DNA of 64,000 nucleotides from Bacilli bacterium (GTDB lineage Bacteria > Bacillota_I > Bacilli_A > ML615J-28 > CAG-313), in assembly GCA_017409905.1 (NCBI GenBank), contig JAFQRV010000008.1, positions 6,179-70,178 of the forward strand. The letters are read 5' to 3'. Positions 37,590 through 45,660 of this stretch are shown one piece after another. Position 1 is the first letter of the stretch. Each line of letters opens with the position of its first letter. The notes beneath the pieces were generated by a model that was not told the origin of the DNA, did not search any database, and saw only the letters and a program-made list of their open reading frames with translations. Made by a program: the position numbers and the translations under genes.

Positions 37590-38181
37590 ATAAATTATTT
37601 CGAATTTTTTCTAATGTTTTAATAATTGGGAAACTTACTAAAACACCAACTAAGATTTCTACTAAACCATTTACTCCTACAAATAATAAGATAAAGTGGA
37701 ATGGATTAGCCGCTTTTAATAAATCTACATAACCTTGAATAGTACTACTATTATAGAAGAATAGTACTAATGTTCCCATAAAGAATACTGTATTTAAAAG
37801 TGGTACTAAGAAAGAACAAATAATTCCAAATAAAGTTTTGTTTTGTTCATTTTTAGTAAATACTTTATATAATAAACCAGGTAAGTAACCAGCTAACATT
37901 CTTGTTGGAACACATACAAGAAATGTTAAAAATGGATTAATTGAAAGTAATGCAACTCCTAGTGGGCTATATCCTAAACATTGTAAAAAACTTACAACGC
38001 CGAATACTCCTCCTAAAATTAATCCAGCAGTAGGACCTAATACAATAGCCCCAACCGCAATTGGAATAATTGTTAAAGTTATTTCGAAAAAGATTCTTAC
38101 AGGAATAAATGCAAGTACAACAATTAATGCAGATAGAATCGCTAAGATTGTTAATTTTTGAATTTTTTGACTATTTTTCAT
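37588..38181 (-). CDS. ECF transporter S (substrate-capture) component, substrate unknown
   Basis: 197 aa with about 6 TM segments. LTILAILSALIVVLAFIP...IPIAVGAIVLGPTAGLILGGVFG is typical of the ECF_trnsprt family. It overlaps the upstream gene by 11 nt. Confidence 0.7.
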   Translation of the reverse strand: MKNSQKIQKLTILAILSALIVVLAFIPVRIFFEITLTIIPIAVGAIVLGPTAGLILGGVFGVVSFLQCLGYSPLGVALLSINPFLTFLVCVPTRMLAGYLPGLLYKVFTKNEQNKTLFGIICSFLVPLLNTVFFMGTLVLFFYNSSTIQGYVDLLKAANPFHFILLFVGVNGLVEILVGVLVSFPIIKTLEKIRNNL

Positions 38182-39793
38182 TTTTGATTCCTTCTTTCAT
38201 TTTTTTCTTTTTTATTAGTAAATATATTAAATATGCTACTAATGTTCCAAGTAAATAGCCCGACATATCTAATAATACATCAATTATTTTCCCACTTCTT
38301 CCAGGTATAAATAGTTGAATAAATTCTGTAAGTGATGCAATAAACAATCCAAATGATAAGAAAATAATAACATTTAACCATTGTTTTTTACCCTTGTAAT
38401 AATACATCATCCAAAAAGCTAAAATTGCTTGTAATATAAAGAATGAAAAGTGACCAGCAAATTTACCCAAGATAAATCCAAATATTCTAGATATTCTTGA
38501 TTTTCCATGAGGATTTTGAATGATTATTAAATCAATAACTTTAATAATTGGTTCTTCAAAACCATCATCTACAATAATTTTTAACTTAGCACTTCCTGTA
38601 TTCATTGTTACGATGTTTAGTTTATCTTTTTGTTGGTCAGTTTGTACTTTCTCAATATCTGTTATTAATTCATAAGACCATTCTTGATATTTGACTTCTT
38701 TATCAAATTTAATTAGAATTGCATTATTTGATTCAGTTAATAAAACACCTTTACCTTCTTCATTATAATTAATGTTAGATATAATAGGTTCAACTAAATG
38801 ATTTCTTACTCTAATAGGATAAGTCTTTTTTTCTCCATTTTCTAAAATGATTGTCAAATCAACTAAACCATTCTTATGGAAAAATAAACCGTTTTGAGTA
38901 ATTTCCATTATATCTATATTACTTGTTTCCAATGTATATGGCATTTGAACTTCTTCATCATCTTTATATAGTTTAACAAAATATTGATCATTTACAAATA
39001 TATCATCTGTTATTTCAATAGTATCATATGAATAATTTAATTTAACAGAATCATAAGAATCAACTAAATCTAGTGGATTAATTGTAACTTCATAAGTTTT
39101 AATTATTTCATCATTGTATTTCATTTGTATTGATGTTGTTATTGGTTCAAAACTATCCCCAACTTTAAAATTATCAACTTTTGTTTTTAAATAAATACCT
39201 TTATATCCATCTCCAACATAAGTAAAGTATTTTTCATCATAGATATATTCACATTGTTTTTCAGTTATTAAAGCTTTAGGATCATTATTTAATTCTAATT
39301 TTGAATAAAAGTAATAATTTAATCCTAAATATAATTTATTAGTTGATATTACTTGATTACATTTATCTAATATATAAAAGTCAACAATTTCAGGATAGAC
39401 CTTCGTAAAATTAATCTCAACTTCTTTTCTAAATTTTGGATATTTATTAGAAGTAATTAATAACTTTCCAACAGTCTTATCTTGATTTGTTCTTAATCCT
39501 GTAATTATTCCTCCATCTTTAATAGTAAATATTTCAGGTGTTAGTGATGTAAAAACAATCCCTTTATCATAATTGTTTTCAGGATATGTTTTATATTCTA
39601 ATTGATAACTTTTTTCAATAATGTATTCATCTTCTAAAAAGATTTCAACATCCGTTAATTTTTGAAATTGACTATGGATGATATTGGTTGCGAACTTCGT
39701 AATCTTTCCCGCAACCGTTGTTCCAAAAGTTAAAATTAATACTACTAATATACTCCAGGAAACAAACAATATCATTGAGAGTTTCTTTTTCAT
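38171..39793 (-). CDS. VanZ-like membrane protein with a large N-terminal extracytoplasmic Ig-like (Big_2-like) region
   Basis: C-terminal VanZ core FAGHFSFFILQA...LTEFIQLFIPGRSGKIIDVLLDMSGYLLG. ATG 39793 is preceded by AGGAG; the ORF-track start at 39865 is an extension. Confidence 0.75.
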   Translation of the reverse strand: MKKKLSMILFVSWSILVVLILTFGTTVAGKITKFATNIIHSQFQKLTDVEIFLEDEYIIEKSYQLEYKTYPENNYDKGIVFTSLTPEIFTIKDGGIITGLRTNQDKTVGKLLITSNKYPKFRKEVEINFTKVYPEIVDFYILDKCNQVISTNKLYLGLNYYFYSKLELNNDPKALITEKQCEYIYDEKYFTYVGDGYKGIYLKTKVDNFKVGDSFEPITTSIQMKYNDEIIKTYEVTINPLDLVDSYDSVKLNYSYDTIEITDDIFVNDQYFVKLYKDDEEVQMPYTLETSNIDIMEITQNGLFFHKNGLVDLTIILENGEKKTYPIRVRNHLVEPIISNINYNEEGKGVLLTESNNAILIKFDKEVKYQEWSYELITDIEKVQTDQQKDKLNIVTMNTGSAKLKIIVDDGFEEPIIKVIDLIIIQNPHGKSRISRIFGFILGKFAGHFSFFILQAILAFWMMYYYKGKKQWLNVIIFLSFGLFIASLTEFIQLFIPGRSGKIIDVLLDMSGYLLGTLVAYLIYLLIKKKKMKEGIKNEK

Positions 39794-39801
39794 AATTTCT
39801 C

Positions 39802-40779
39802 CTATATTACAAATTGGAAAATTGTAAATGCTAAGTAAATAACTAATAAGACAATACCTTGCCATTTAGAGAGTTTTCCTCTAATTAATGCAGGTATTAA
39901 CATTAAACCCATTACAATAAATACTATAGGTATATCAATTAGAAGTGATGAGTTAATTCCAAAAACCATTTTAGATGCTGGTACAATAAATGGAGATATT
40001 GTTGTTGCGACACCAGATACTAATATTAAGTTAAAAAGGTTTGCACCAATGATATTTCCTAAAGATAAAGAACCATGTCCTTTAACTAAAGATGTAATTG
40101 CAGTAACAAGTTCAGGAAGTGATGTTCCAAGAGCAACAAAAGTTAATGCAATAACTGATTCTGGAACACCAATTTCTTTAGCAATCAAAGATCCATTATC
40201 AACTAATAAATCAGCACCTATTGCAATCAATGCAGCACCAATAACAATTAAAAAGATTTCTTTAAGAATTGAAGAATCTTTCTTTTCTTCATTTTCTTCA
40301 ACTAATTCTTGAACTTCTTCTTTTGGTTGTTTTCTAATCATTAATATTTGAATAGTTATATATGCAATAAAAATACAAAGTAATACAATTCCGACCCATC
40401 TTGCAAAATAACCTGTAAGATATGCAACAAGTGAATAAAATGTTGCAGCTATTCCAAAAAAGATTACAGGAACTATTAAAGATTTTCTTTCAATTTTAGC
40501 TGGTTTTATCGCAATAGTAATTGCAGCAACTAAAGCTGTGTTACAAATAATTGATCCGATTGCATTACCATAAGCAATTTCACCATGACCTGTTGCAGCT
40601 GATGTTGCAGAAACCATAACTTCTGGTAAAGTAGTACCAATTGATACAATTGTTGCACCAATTAATAATTCAGGTAAATGAAATCTGTGAGCAACTCCTG
40701 TTGCACCATCAACAAACCAATCTCCCCCCTTAATTAATAATACTAATCCTACTATGAATAATAATACATATAACCACAT
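39802..40779 (-). CDS. CaCA-family cation/Ca2+ antiporter (YrbG-like)
   Basis: Two alpha-repeats GATIVSIGTTLPEVMVS and ALGTSLPELVTAITS. ATG 40779 is preferred because the TTG at 40800 lies at or upstream of the predicted transcription start. Confidence 0.88.
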   Translation of the reverse strand: MWLYVLLFIVGLVLLIKGGDWFVDGATGVAHRFHLPELLIGATIVSIGTTLPEVMVSATSAATGHGEIAYGNAIGSIICNTALVAAITIAIKPAKIERKSLIVPVIFFGIAATFYSLVAYLTGYFARWVGIVLLCIFIAYITIQILMIRKQPKEEVQELVEENEEKKDSSILKEIFLIVIGAALIAIGADLLVDNGSLIAKEIGVPESVIALTFVALGTSLPELVTAITSLVKGHGSLSLGNIIGANLFNLILVSGVATTISPFIVPASKMVFGINSSLLIDIPIVFIVMGLMLIPALIRGKLSKWQGIVLLVIYLAFTIFQFVI

Positions 40780-40802
40780 TTTTTGATACCTCTTTGTCAA
40801 AT

Positions 40803-40831
40803 ATTATACCACTTTTTTATATATTGGTCAA
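40803..40831 (-). promoter_or_regulatory. Sigma-A type promoter for the CaCA / VanZ-like / ECF-S operon
   Basis: On the - strand: TTGACC, a 17-nt spacer, then TATAAT preceded by TGG (extended -10). Confidence 0.65.
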
Positions 40832-40834
40832 ATT

Positions 40835-40870
40835 AAAAAAGGAATAATAATTAATATTATTCCTTTTATT
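40835..40870. terminator. Terminator after the 129-aa gene
   Basis: AAAGGAATAATA-ATTAA-TATTATTCCTTT, perfect 12-bp stem, with A-run and T-rich flanks. Confidence 0.8.
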
Positions 40871-41258
40871 ATCTACAAAAAAATGAAAAGTCTTTCTCAC
40901 CAACTATTTTATAGTATTGATACTTACCATCAATTATTGTATAAAATAATCTTTCATTATGAACATACAATCTACCAAAACAAGCTTCAATATAGTAAAG
41001 TGATAAAGATAAAGTTACAGGTCCAAAATACTCTACAAACTCATATTCATCAATACCATCATAAGTTCCTATTAAAGAAGGATTCTTTGTATTTGTATAT
41101 ACATGGTATTTTGTATAACTAACCATAAAAGATAATTTATTAGTTATTGGATCTTCATAGCTAGGAAGTTCTTCTATTTTCGAATAGTTGTTTTTTAAAC
41201 AACTAAAAGACACTACTCCTACAAACAATAATATATATATAAATAATACTTTTTTCAT
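40869..41258 (-). CDS. Hypothetical secreted protein or lipoprotein
   Basis: 129 aa with a signal peptide and a possible lipobox VSFSC. No family recognised. Confidence 0.5.
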   Translation of the reverse strand: MKKVLFIYILLFVGVVSFSCLKNNYSKIEELPSYEDPITNKLSFMVSYTKYHVYTNTKNPSLIGTYDGIDEYEFVEYFGPVTLSLSLYYIEACFGRLYVHNERLFYTIIDGKYQYYKIVGEKDFSFFCR

Positions 41259-41260
41259 AA

Positions 41261-41605
41261 CTAAATTCTAGTATCTTGTTCTATTATTCCTAATGCATAG
41301 CATAGCAATGAATTAGTATATACTTCATTACCTTTTTTATCAACTAAAGTATAATGTAATTTAAATTCTACTGATTCAAATGGTTGTTTATAAACACCAA
41401 AGTTATTCATAATATTAGAATTATTACTTCTCCAACGAATAGTATATTTTTCATCTTTAGTCATTTGTGGTAAAGTAATATTTTCTGTTATTTCGAATGG
41501 AATTTCGTCATATAACCAATCATGATATTTTTGATAATTTGGTTTACAACTGGTTAATAATAAAATGGTAACAACTAAAAATAATACTGTAAAAAATCTT
41601 TTCAT
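41261..41605 (-). CDS. Hypothetical lipoprotein
   Basis: 114 aa with lipobox LLTSCKP. Separated by 2 nt from the downstream gene. Confidence 0.55.
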   Translation of the reverse strand: MKRFFTVLFLVVTILLLTSCKPNYQKYHDWLYDEIPFEITENITLPQMTKDEKYTIRWRSNNSNIMNNFGVYKQPFESVEFKLHYTLVDKKGNEVYTNSLLCYALGIIEQDTRI

Positions 41606-41690
41606 ATGATTCTCCTTTTTTATTGATACTATTATATCACTAATTATCTAATTTGTAAACATAATTTATCTAAAACTAAATAGATAAAGT

Positions 41691-41721
41691 AAAATCTCAA
41701 GAGAAACTCTTGAGATTTTTT
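41691..41721. terminator. Terminator after the P-type ATPase gene
   Basis: AAATCTCAAGAG-AAA-CTCTTGAGATTT plus T-run. Confidence 0.85.
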
Positions 41722-41723
41722 AA

Positions 41724-44339
41724 TTAATTCTTCTTATTTTTCAATCTAAGTATTAACTTAGCAATTTCAACAATTAAAATTGTTGAAGCAGATAAACCTA
41801 AACAAATTAATAATTGAACAGGTTCTAATGGAATTACTTTAAAGATAGATGCAAGTGGTGCAATATAAATAATGCACATTTGTAATGCAATACCTAAAAT
41901 AAATGAACCTACTAAATATTTGTTTTGGAATAAATGTTTATTAAAAATTGTCTTATCACTCTTAACATTAAATGAGTGGAATAATTGAGCACTAGATAAA
42001 GTTACAAATGCCATTGTTTGACCTAAATAACTTAATGGATTAATTGAATGACCAATAACATATGCGGCTAGTGTCAATAGACCTACCATGATACCTTCTA
42101 GAATAATTGATGAACCCATACCATGTGCAAAGAAGCTTTCTTCTTTTGGACGAGGTTTTTGATTCATAATATCATCTTCAGGATCTTCAGTACCAAGAGC
42201 AAATGCCGGTAAACTATCTGTGATTAAGTTAACCCATAATAAATGAATTGCAAGTAGTGGAACACCAAAGTTAAGAGATGGAACTACTAACGAAATAAGT
42301 GAGGCTAAGAAGATAGTTAATACTTCACCAATGTTACTAGATAATAAGTATTTAACAACTTTTTTAATGTTAGCATAAATTCCTCTACCTTGATGAACTG
42401 CACTAACAATTGTTTGGAAGTTATCATCTACAAGTACAACGTCAGCAGCTTCTTTAGCAACGTCTGTTCCTGTAATACCCATTGCACAACCAATATCAGC
42501 ACGTTTTAAAGCTGGAGAGTCATTAACACCATCACCTGTCATCGCAACAACATGACCTTTTGTTTGCCATGCTTTAACGATACGTACTTTATCTTCTGGT
42601 GCAACCCTGGCATATACTGAATATTTTTCAATATTTTCATATAGTTCTTCATCAGATAATAATTTTAATTCTGCACTAGATAAAGCTATATCGCCTTCTC
42701 TTAAAATATTAAGTTGTTTTGCGATAGCTTTTGCAGTTGATACATGGTCACCTGTAATCATAATTGTACGAATACCAGCAGTAGTAGCAACACCAATTGC
42801 ATCTTTTACTTCTGGTCTTGCAGGGTCAATCATACCAACTAAACCTAAGAATGTTAAACCAGTTTCAACAGTTGCAGGTGTTAATTCAGTAGGTAGTGCA
42901 TCTACTATTTTATATGCAACCCCTAATACTCTTAATGCTTTATCAGCCATTTGATTATTAGCATCTAGCATTTGAGCTTCTTCTTCACTTGTATGAATAC
43001 TATTTGCCATTACGATATCTGGAGCACCTTTAGTTATAACTAAATATTTTCCATTATAATCTAAAATAACTGTCATCATTTTACGATCACTATCAAATGG
43101 TAAATCTTCAATACGTTGATATTGATCATAAATAGGGTTTTTAACATAATTTTGACATGCAATAATTAATGCAACCTCAGTTGGATCTCCAATGTCTTTT
43201 CTCACACCATCAACTATAGTAGATGATGCATCAGTACAAATACTAAAGAATTCTAACATTTTAGAAGCATCATCTGATAATTCTTCTTCAAAATTATGTA
43301 AACCATTATTGTAATATTCAACTACAGTCATTTTGTTTTGTGTAAGAGTACCAGTCTTATCACTACAAATAACTGAGGCACAACCTAATGTTTCAACAGC
43401 TGGTAATTTTTTAACAATAGCTTGACGTTTAACCATTTTTTCAACACCAATTGCAAGTACAACCGTAACAACAGTTGCTAAACCTTCAGGAATTGATGCA
43501 ACAGTTAAAGCAATAGCTGTCATAAAGGCATCACCAAATTCAGTACCTCCAAGTAATTCCATACCTAGAACTACTACACAAACAATAATACAAATAAAAC
43601 CAATAAATTTACCAATTTGATCTAGTTTTAATTGTAGTGGAGTAACTTCTTTTTCACTTTCCATAAGTGATGAAGCAATCTTACCAATTTCAGTATTCAT
43701 ACCTGTACCTGTAACAATTGCTTTACCACGACCATATGTAACATAAGTAGATGAGAATAAGCAGTTATGCATATCACCTAAAGATACATCTTCTTTTTCA
43801 ATAGTTTTAATATCTTTTGTTACTGGAACAGATTCACCAGTTAAAGCAGATTCATCTACTACTAAAGAAACTGCTTCAATTAAACGACAATCAGCTGGAA
43901 CGAAATCCCCAGCTTCTACATTAATAATATCACCTGGAACTAAATCCATTGATTTAACTGAGATTAAATGACCGCCACGCCATACTTTTGCGTTTGGTGT
44001 ACTTAATTTCTTTAAAGCTTCAAGTGATTTTTCGGCTTTACTTTCTTGCCAAGTACCAAGGATTGCATTAATCAATACTACTACTAAAATAATAATACTT
44101 TCAATCCAATCTTCTGGATTAATCACTACAGATATTACTGCAGCAATCAATAAAATAATTACCATGAAATCTTTAAATTGACTTAAAAATTTAACGATTA
44201 ATGGTGTTTTCTTTGCTTCTTTTAAAGCATTTGGTCCATACTCATTAAGACGTTTTTGAGCTTCTTCTTCAGTTAAACCAGTTAAGATATTTGTGTTTAA
44301 CTCTTGAGCCACTTGTTCAAAACTTTTATTTGCGTTCAT
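41724..44339 (-). CDS. P2-type cation-transporting ATPase (Ca2+/Mn2+ efflux type)
   Basis: DKTGTLT phosphorylation site, TM4 IPEGL, TGDHVSTA, MTGDGVNDSPALK. Preceded by a yybP-ykoY riboswitch. Confidence 0.92.
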   Translation of the reverse strand: MNANKSFEQVAQELNTNILTGLTEEEAQKRLNEYGPNALKEAKKTPLIVKFLSQFKDFMVIILLIAAVISVVINPEDWIESIIILVVVLINAILGTWQESKAEKSLEALKKLSTPNAKVWRGGHLISVKSMDLVPGDIINVEAGDFVPADCRLIEAVSLVVDESALTGESVPVTKDIKTIEKEDVSLGDMHNCLFSSTYVTYGRGKAIVTGTGMNTEIGKIASSLMESEKEVTPLQLKLDQIGKFIGFICIIVCVVVLGMELLGGTEFGDAFMTAIALTVASIPEGLATVVTVVLAIGVEKMVKRQAIVKKLPAVETLGCASVICSDKTGTLTQNKMTVVEYYNNGLHNFEEELSDDASKMLEFFSICTDASSTIVDGVRKDIGDPTEVALIIACQNYVKNPIYDQYQRIEDLPFDSDRKMMTVILDYNGKYLVITKGAPDIVMANSIHTSEEEAQMLDANNQMADKALRVLGVAYKIVDALPTELTPATVETGLTFLGLVGMIDPARPEVKDAIGVATTAGIRTIMITGDHVSTAKAIAKQLNILREGDIALSSAELKLLSDEELYENIEKYSVYARVAPEDKVRIVKAWQTKGHVVAMTGDGVNDSPALKRADIGCAMGITGTDVAKEAADVVLVDDNFQTIVSAVHQGRGIYANIKKVVKYLLSSNIGEVLTIFLASLISLVVPSLNFGVPLLAIHLLWVNLITDSLPAFALGTEDPEDDIMNQKPRPKEESFFAHGMGSSIILEGIMVGLLTLAAYVIGHSINPLSYLGQTMAFVTLSSAQLFHSFNVKSDKTIFNKHLFQNKYLVGSFILGIALQMCIIYIAPLASIFKVIPLEPVQLLICLGLSASTILIVEIAKLILRLKNKKN

Positions 44340-44354
44340 ATTTCCTCCTTATAC

Positions 44355-44497
44355 AAATAAAAAGACCCCTCACTAATTTTTAGTAAAAGGTCTTGCATTA
44401 ACGAAGAATCGTTCTGTTATATCCGGTGTATAAATACGACGTGATGACGAATATAACATAGTAAAACTATATGCTACTCCCCTTTTAGGGATATTTC
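44355..44497 (-). promoter_or_regulatory. yybP-ykoY (Mn2+) riboswitch with a terminator expression platform
   Basis: On the - strand: CUAAAAGGGGAGUAGC...GUCAUCACG...CACCGG...GAACGAUUCUUCGUUAAUGCAAGACCUUUUAC. P1 is UAAAAGG/CCUUUUA. The conserved GGGGAGUAG, CACCGG and GCAAGACC blocks are collinear with the L. lactis Mn2+ riboswitch as I recall it. The terminator GACCUUUUACUA-AAAAU-UAGUGAGGGGUC-U5 (44355-44392) shares its 5' arm with the P1 3' strand. Confidence 0.85.
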
Positions 44498-44506
44498 AAC
44501 GCTATT

Positions 44507-44535
44507 ATTTTAACATAACACAACTTTTTTGTCAA
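44507..44535 (-). promoter_or_regulatory. Sigma-A promoter for the riboswitch-ATPase transcript
   Basis: On the - strand: TTGACA (44530-44535), a 17-nt spacer, then TAAAAT (44507-44512). Confidence 0.75.
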
Positions 44536-44590
44536 ATGAATATTCTATTAATTCATATTAACTTCGGTTTAAAATTATTCTTAAAAATAA

Positions 44591-45541
44591 CTATCTATTT
44601 TCTCCCCACCAAGCAGGAAGTAAATCTTTTAATTTTATTGTTTCTTTTGTATCAATATCAACTAGAATTTCTAATTCTTGATTAGATGGATCTAATTGCA
44701 TTAACATTTCTCTACAAGCTCCACATGGAGATCCTACTTTTTTATCACTCATTACCGCAATAATTCTTTTAATTCTATTTTCACCATGTGTTAGCATGTT
44801 CCCAATGGCATTACGTTCAGCACACATTCCAAGACTAGAACAAGTATCAATGCAAACACCTAGATAAATATTGCCATCAATTGTTTGAATGGCTGATGCA
44901 ACTCCTCCTGCTTCAACAAATGAATTATAATGGACGGGATTTAAAACGCTTAATGCTTTGTTATATAAAACATCCCAAATGTCTTTTTCTTTAAAATAAT
45001 CTTCTTTTAAAATACTATACCAAACTTCATCACAAATACCTTGATTATTAATATAAGTTTGTCTAAATGTGCCATCATAGTGCATATTACATTTTTTCAT
45101 AACTTTACCAGAGTTTGGATTTCTTGGATCATGACTTGCACATACTTGATTAACGCCAACTTCTTCAAATAAATATTTAATAACCTCTGTTAGTGCTTCT
45201 TTAACAATTTCCTTACCCCACCAAGATGTCCCAATTGAATAACCAATCATAGCACAAGATGTTCTTTCATCAAAATTAACAACAGAAATTCCACCTATTG
45301 CTTGATTAATTTCTTTTAGTTCAATTAACCAATTATATTTATTTAATTCTTCTGCTTCTTTTTCCCAAATAGTTAATAATTCAATCGCATCATCGATTTT
45401 TTCTTGAGCTTTCCAAGACATAAATTTAGCTACTTCTTGACTACTAGCCCAATTATTAAACATATCATCTGCATCACTTACTTTTGGTTTTCTAAGTATT
45501 AGTCTTTTTGTTTCGATTAATTTTGTTCCTAAATGTTTCAT
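44591..45541 (-). CDS. Fusion protein: RimJ/RimL-type GNAT N-acetyltransferase (N-terminal) plus small cytidine/blasticidin-S-deaminase-fold domain (C-terminal)
   Basis: N-terminal half: RLILRKPKVSDADDMFNNWASS...IGYSIGTSWWGKEI (Acetyltransf_3 pattern). C-terminal ~125 aa: zinc motifs MCAERNAI and SPCGACREML, ending in DLLPAWWG. Confidence 0.8.
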   Translation of the reverse strand: MKHLGTKLIETKRLILRKPKVSDADDMFNNWASSQEVAKFMSWKAQEKIDDAIELLTIWEKEAEELNKYNWLIELKEINQAIGGISVVNFDERTSCAMIGYSIGTSWWGKEIVKEALTEVIKYLFEEVGVNQVCASHDPRNPNSGKVMKKCNMHYDGTFRQTYINNQGICDEVWYSILKEDYFKEKDIWDVLYNKALSVLNPVHYNSFVEAGGVASAIQTIDGNIYLGVCIDTCSSLGMCAERNAIGNMLTHGENRIKRIIAVMSDKKVGSPCGACREMLMQLDPSNQELEILVDIDTKETIKLKDLLPAWWGENR

Positions 45542-45625
45542 AACATCACCTTTTTTCTTTTAAATAGTATATCATATCATTCATACAAAATCAAGTCTAT
45601 AGGAAATTATTATTAAGTAAAGAAA

Positions 45626-45656
45626 TAAAAAACTACAAGAATTTCTTGTAGTTTTA
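45626..45656. terminator. Terminator after the tryptophanase-family gene
   Basis: AAAACTACAAGAA-T-TTCTTGTAGTTTT. Confidence 0.85.
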
Positions 45657-45660
45657 TCTT

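Noticed and set aside
38171-38200. An FMN or other vitamin riboswitch expected upstream of the ECF S-component gene.
   Set aside because: The gene start overlaps the preceding VanZ-like CDS by 11 nt, so there is no leader in which a riboswitch could sit.
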